DNA of 58,327 nucleotides from a virus (Duplodnaviria; Caudoviricetes): IMG/VR virus record IMGVR_UViG_3300037742_000080, positions 1 to 58,327 of that record; one strand, 5' to 3'. Shown piece by piece: positions 55,127 to 58,327 of this stretch (position 1 is its first letter; each line of letters starts with the position of its first letter). The notes under the pieces were generated by a model. It saw only the letters and a program-made list of their open reading frames with translations, ran no database searches and was not told where the DNA came from. The position numbers and the translations under genes were made by a program.

Positions 55127-55188
55127 CTACCGTGCCCGACCAACCTTTCAACAGGAGCGCCGCACTGTGGGGGTGCGACGGTTGAACT

Positions 55189-55608
55189 TTACTGCGTGGA
55201 CCTCGACCGGGGCGCCACCGTTTCCACCACGAAGCCCGGCTCCACCATAGCGCGCAGCGTGGGCACGAAGCGGCGGACCCGCTCGACGCCCTGCGGCGAC
55301 TGCATGTCGAGCTCCGCGGCCCAGTCCTTGCCGAGGCCGTGGTCCGCGAGGCAGTGGCCGACCACCATGCAGGCCGCGCCGAGGTGCTCGAAGACCGTGC
55401 CCACTGGCAGGTTGGCGCGCAGCCACGCGACGTCCGCCCTCGACTTGGCCCGGCGCTCGTGCAGGGCCTGCACCTGCTGCTCGGTCGGCTCCTCGCGCCT
55501 GAAGCGCTTGGTGTGGGCGAGAATCTCCTCGCGCTCCATGGCCAGCTGCTCGTCGGTGGCGGGCTCCACGGCCCACGGCACCAGGGCCTTCACGTCCAGC
55601 ACTCTCAT
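55189..55608 (-). CDS. Hypothetical protein
   Basis: AGGAG RBS; 139 aa. Confidence 0.65.
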   Translation of the reverse strand: MRVLDVKALVPWAVEPATDEQLAMEREEILAHTKRFRREEPTEQQVQALHERRAKSRADVAWLRANLPVGTVFEHLGAACMVVGHCLADHGLGKDWAAELDMQSPQGVERVRRFVPTLRAMVEPGFVVETVAPRSRSTQ

Positions 55609-55689
55609 CTCGTTCTCCTAGCTTGGTTGCGATGAGTGAATGATAGCGGGAGGCCGTGCATGATGGGACCAGCATTCGTGGCCCGGAGA

Positions 55690-55715
55690 CAACAAAGCCC
55701 GCACGGGGCGGGCTT
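55690..55715 (-). terminator. Terminator of the tRNA unit
   Basis: aagcccgc-cccgt-gcgggctttgtt. Confidence 0.7.
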
Positions 55716-55803
55716 CGAGGGACAGGACGATGTCAGCGGGCCGCCAGGCGCCACACATGCTCGCGGCCGATGCCCACTCCGTGGGCGTCGCGCCGGTCTG
55801 CAT

Positions 55804-55879
55804 TGGTTGCGAGGGCGGGACTCGAACCCGCGACCTCCGGAGTATGAACCCGGCGAGCTTCCAGCTGCTCTACCTCGCG
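55804..55879 (-). tRNA. Initiator tRNA-fMet (CAT), 76 nt with encoded CCA
   Basis: CGCGAGG...CCTCGCA-ACCA with C1xA72 mismatch; CAT anticodon; GGTTCGAGTCC T-arm. Confidence 0.93.
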
Positions 55880-55884
55880 TCAAT

Positions 55885-55921
55885 TGGTGCAGGGCCCTCA
55901 GGTGAGCCCGTCGGGCCCTGC
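55885..55921 (-). ncRNA. tRNA-like minihelix ending in ACCA
   Basis: GCAGGGCCC-15 nt-GGGCCCTGC-ACCA, 5 nt upstream of the tRNA. Confidence 0.55.
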
Positions 55922-55922
55922 G

Positions 55923-55967
55923 TGGTGGGACGTAGACCTTGCTGCAAAGGTATAGGGCCTTGGCCCC
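55923..55967 (-). ncRNA. Second tRNA-like element ending in ACCA
   Basis: GGGGC...GTCCC-ACCA enclosing hairpin ACCTT-TGCAGC-AAGGT. Confidence 0.4.
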
Positions 55968-56019
55968 AGCCAGTTCGCCTAGCGCTGTCTCACCGGTCAG
56001 CGTGTCGGAAGGTGTTGTG

Positions 56020-56050
56020 ATGATACGCGGGAAGCTCGGCCACGCGCACC
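56020..56050 (-). promoter_or_regulatory. Putative promoter of the tRNA unit GGTGCGCG-N17-TATCAT
   Basis: Recurrent motif preceded by ACGAT. Confidence 0.55.
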
Positions 56051-56055
56051 ATCGT

Positions 56056-57519
56056 TTAGAAGGAGCCCTGCCTGACCTCCTTGCGCTTGAAGCGGACCCG
56101 GTAGCGCACCTCGTCGGCGATGTGGTCCTCGACGTCGCTGTCCACGTCGTCGGGGTCGGCCTCATCGCGCGGTATGGGCACCACAGTCCTGATGAAGGCA
56201 GGGCAGCGCTCTGCCACCACGAACAGGCCGGGCTTCTCGCGTGGCCCACCAATGGGCTTATCCTCCTCATCCAGGTTGAGGGCGCCCTTGAGCCGCTTGC
56301 GCGTCTGCTCCCAGCCCTGCTTCCGCGAGCCTGGGCCCTTGTCAGCACGCTCCCAGCGCACACCCTTGGCCAGCATGTCCTTGGCAATGCAGTTGCCGTT
56401 CTCCTCGTCGAAGATGGAGGAGTCCGCGGGGCCCGGCTTCACGCGGCCCGCCAGGCCGAGGCCTATCTCGCGGAACTTGATCCCCTCGGCTATGTCGGAG
56501 GCCAGCATCCTCAGGCCCTCATTCTCGGCGCCCTTCTTGCAGCCGTACCACTCGCCGATGCGGAACAGGTCGCCCTTGACCGTGCTGATCTTGCGGCCGC
56601 TCGGCAGGGTGAGCTCCGTGCCGTCAGACTCGGCCCACCAGCCCACTGAGAAGGGCTTCGAGGAGCCCCAGTCGAAGGACCTGTCCACCGTCCAGGAGCG
56701 TGGCACCTGGAAGACCGGCACGCAGTGGACCTGCGTCTGCCAGAGGTCGTCGAACATGCCGCCCGACGTGATGTCCCAGCTGCCATCGAGCCAGGCCGCT
56801 ACCTGCGCCGGGTTCGAGGCGGACGCGCGGATGCGCTGGATGTAGTCAGGGTCGGCATCCAGCAGGATGCGGTTCTCGCTGATGTGCCCGTGGATCGCCA
56901 CGCGGTCGGGCTCGCCGGCCGTCTTGATGATCTTGCCCCGCATGCCAGGCAGCTGCCACCGGTTCTTGACCCAGTTGTGCCCGCGGCCGTACGGGTTGGT
57001 CGTGGCGCGCACCTTGCGAGGCATGCCCGCGACCGTTGAGCGGCAGCAGGAGAACATCTTGAGGTACATCTCGGAGGTAGCCCAGTTGGTGAGCTCCTCC
57101 CAGCCGATCCACGGGTACGCGTGGCCGTGGTAGTTGTCATAGTCCGCCGGCTTGGACATGTAGCGCAGCAGTAGCTGCTCGCCGCTGGGGAACGTCCAGA
57201 CGTAGTCGCTCTCGTTGAACTTGGCGCCTGGGAACCACAGCTTAAACCAGGCCTTGGACTTCGCCACGACGTCGGAGAGCTGCTTGTAGGTGGAGCGGAA
57301 CAGGATGCCCCGCCATGCTGCGCCGTAGCCCTGCCCCACGTGCTGGCAGAAGTCAGCCAGCAGCGCGTCCGTCTTGCCCGGGCCGCGGGTGCCCTCGTAC
57401 AGGGTCTCGAACACCGGGCTCGAGAGGAAGAGCACCTGCGAGCCGGCCTGCGCAGCCCACACCTTCACCTCAGGCTGCGCGACCTTCTTCTTTTTCCAGT
57501 GCGGTGGGGTGTAGGCCAT
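56056..57519 (-). CDS. terL: Terminase large subunit
   Basis: EGTRGPGKT Walker A, WEEL Walker B, ATTNP, SFDWG, EDHIADEVRY nuclease motifs. Confidence 0.92.
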   Translation of the reverse strand: MAYTPPHWKKKKVAQPEVKVWAAQAGSQVLFLSSPVFETLYEGTRGPGKTDALLADFCQHVGQGYGAAWRGILFRSTYKQLSDVVAKSKAWFKLWFPGAKFNESDYVWTFPSGEQLLLRYMSKPADYDNYHGHAYPWIGWEELTNWATSEMYLKMFSCCRSTVAGMPRKVRATTNPYGRGHNWVKNRWQLPGMRGKIIKTAGEPDRVAIHGHISENRILLDADPDYIQRIRASASNPAQVAAWLDGSWDITSGGMFDDLWQTQVHCVPVFQVPRSWTVDRSFDWGSSKPFSVGWWAESDGTELTLPSGRKISTVKGDLFRIGEWYGCKKGAENEGLRMLASDIAEGIKFREIGLGLAGRVKPGPADSSIFDEENGNCIAKDMLAKGVRWERADKGPGSRKQGWEQTRKRLKGALNLDEEDKPIGGPREKPGLFVVAERCPAFIRTVVPIPRDEADPDDVDSDVEDHIADEVRYRVRFKRKEVRQGSF

Positions 57520-57929
57520 CAGAGCACCCTCTCTACGCGCAGGATGGCACGGTCGAACCAGGACGTGAAGTCGTGGAGCCAGTCCGTCAGGGAGCGGTCG
57601 AACTCACTGTGGATGCGGGCGTGGTCCCGCTCGTCCAGCACGCGGATGAGGTAGTACTCCAGCTGCTCGGCGCGCCAGCCCAGGGTCACCTCGAGGTAGC
57701 GGTCGCCGTCCACCACGACGTAGTGGAGGATCGGCTCGCCGCCGTCCAGGTAGACGGTCTCGGCTATCCTGAGCCCGCGGTCCGGGTGGGTGCGCAGGTA
57801 CTCCACGCAGTTCTCGTGGCAGCGGAAGTTGAAGAGGCCCTGCTCGGGCACGGGGCGGATGCCCTGGTGTCGGGCGCGCAGCCTGCGGGCAATGCGCTCC
57901 TGGGCTCGCTTGATGGCACGCTGGCGCAT
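57519..57929 (-). CDS. Hypothetical protein (Cys-His motif, possible transglutaminase/papain-like fold)
   Basis: AAGGAG RBS; CHENC...ILHYVV...EVT; fold call is tentative. Confidence 0.65.
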   Translation of the reverse strand: MRQRAIKRAQERIARRLRARHQGIRPVPEQGLFNFRCHENCVEYLRTHPDRGLRIAETVYLDGGEPILHYVVVDGDRYLEVTLGWRAEQLEYYLIRVLDERDHARIHSEFDRSLTDWLHDFTSWFDRAILRVERVL

Positions 57930-57946
57930 GTCGTCTCCTTTGTCTG

Positions 57947-58009
57947 TCACGCCCACGGGCAGTGCGGAGCCGTATGGCCCGCGCCGCCACAGAGGGTGCA
58001 GTGCTTCAA
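57947..58009 (-). CDS. 20-aa CCHC zinc-knuckle microprotein MKHCTLCGGAGHTAPHCPWA
   Basis: TTG overlapping the upstream stop (TTGA), GGAG RBS, exact Cx2Cx4Hx4C. Confidence 0.6.
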   Translation of the reverse strand: MKHCTLCGGAGHTAPHCPWA

Positions 58010-58263
58010 CGGCGCTCCATCTTCTGAGCGCACTCGAGGGTGAGGCCATAACCCAGCGCCAGACGGCGCGGGTCAACCTCCTCGCCGCACCCGCAGGCGC
58101 AGCAACCGTCGTCCCTGGGCGCCCATCGTGCACGCGCCTGCTGGTTACGTAGGCGCTGGGCTTCGATCGCGTCCTGGACGTGTATGGCAGTCTCTGCGGA
58201 CGCCCTGTCGATCGGGTCTGGGTGGTGTTCCGCCTCTCGGGCGGCCTGTTCGTTCTGGTCCAT
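58006..58263 (-). CDS. DksA/TraR-family C4 zinc-finger protein
   Basis: DPIDRAS acidic tip, C.CGEEVDPRRL.L...LTLECA (third Cys apparently replaced by Thr). Confidence 0.75.
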   Translation of the reverse strand: MDQNEQAAREAEHHPDPIDRASAETAIHVQDAIEAQRLRNQQARARWAPRDDGCCACGCGEEVDPRRLALGYGLTLECAQKMERR

Positions 58264-58327
58264 GTGGTCTCGTCTTCTGGTTGGTCGGATGTGACGACGC
58301 GCCCGGCCGGGCGCGTCTGGGGTACAT
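58201..58327. repeat. Copy of 1..127
   Basis: Exact identity. Confidence 0.95.

Noticed and set aside
55975-56015. Hammerhead ribozyme in the tRNA leader
   Set aside because: CUGAnGA and GAAA core not properly present; only a simple hairpin
58201-58327. Direct terminal repeat as the physical genome end
   Set aside because: Exactly 127 nt and cuts through a gene; better explained as assembler k-mer overlap of a circular contig
1-58327. Prophage or temperate module
   Set aside because: No integrase, CI-like repressor, att-flanked host genes or ParA recognised; contig is circular

Overview
The window is a complete, circularly assembled genome (58,200 bp plus a 127-bp assembly overlap) of a GC-rich tailed dsDNA phage of siphovirus type. 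Gene content and order resemble YuA/M6/PaMx/Xp12-like phages (Mesyanzhinovviridae); this is a resemblance, not a database result. No integrase or CI-type repressor was recognised. The plus strand (4.2-25.6 kb) carries replication and nucleotide genes: exonuclease, three MazG-like pyrophosphatases, SSB, PolA, SNF2 helicase, a thymidylate-synthase homologue, dCMP deaminase, DHFR and a resolvase. The minus strand carries primase-helicase, terminases, tRNA-fMet, class II RNR, ligase, portal, head, tail and lysis genes. A small plus-strand island lies between the scaffold and capsid genes. Main leads: (1) the TS homologue has Asp at the Asn177-equivalent site and sits with DHFR, dCMP deaminase and a MazG-Nmad1 fusion, predicting cytosine (probably 5mC) substitution, and a sulfotransferase-fold P-loop protein may be the missing kinase; (2) a separately promoted RNA unit has two CCA-ended tRNA-like minihelices before an initiator tRNA altered at positions 32/38/39; (3) about 19 promoter-like sites share a GG-led non-canonical -35, alongside four paralogous HTH-like proteins; (4) there is an unannotated 20-aa CCHC zinc-knuckle gene and an ATA-start gene. 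All calls are from motif recognition by eye.
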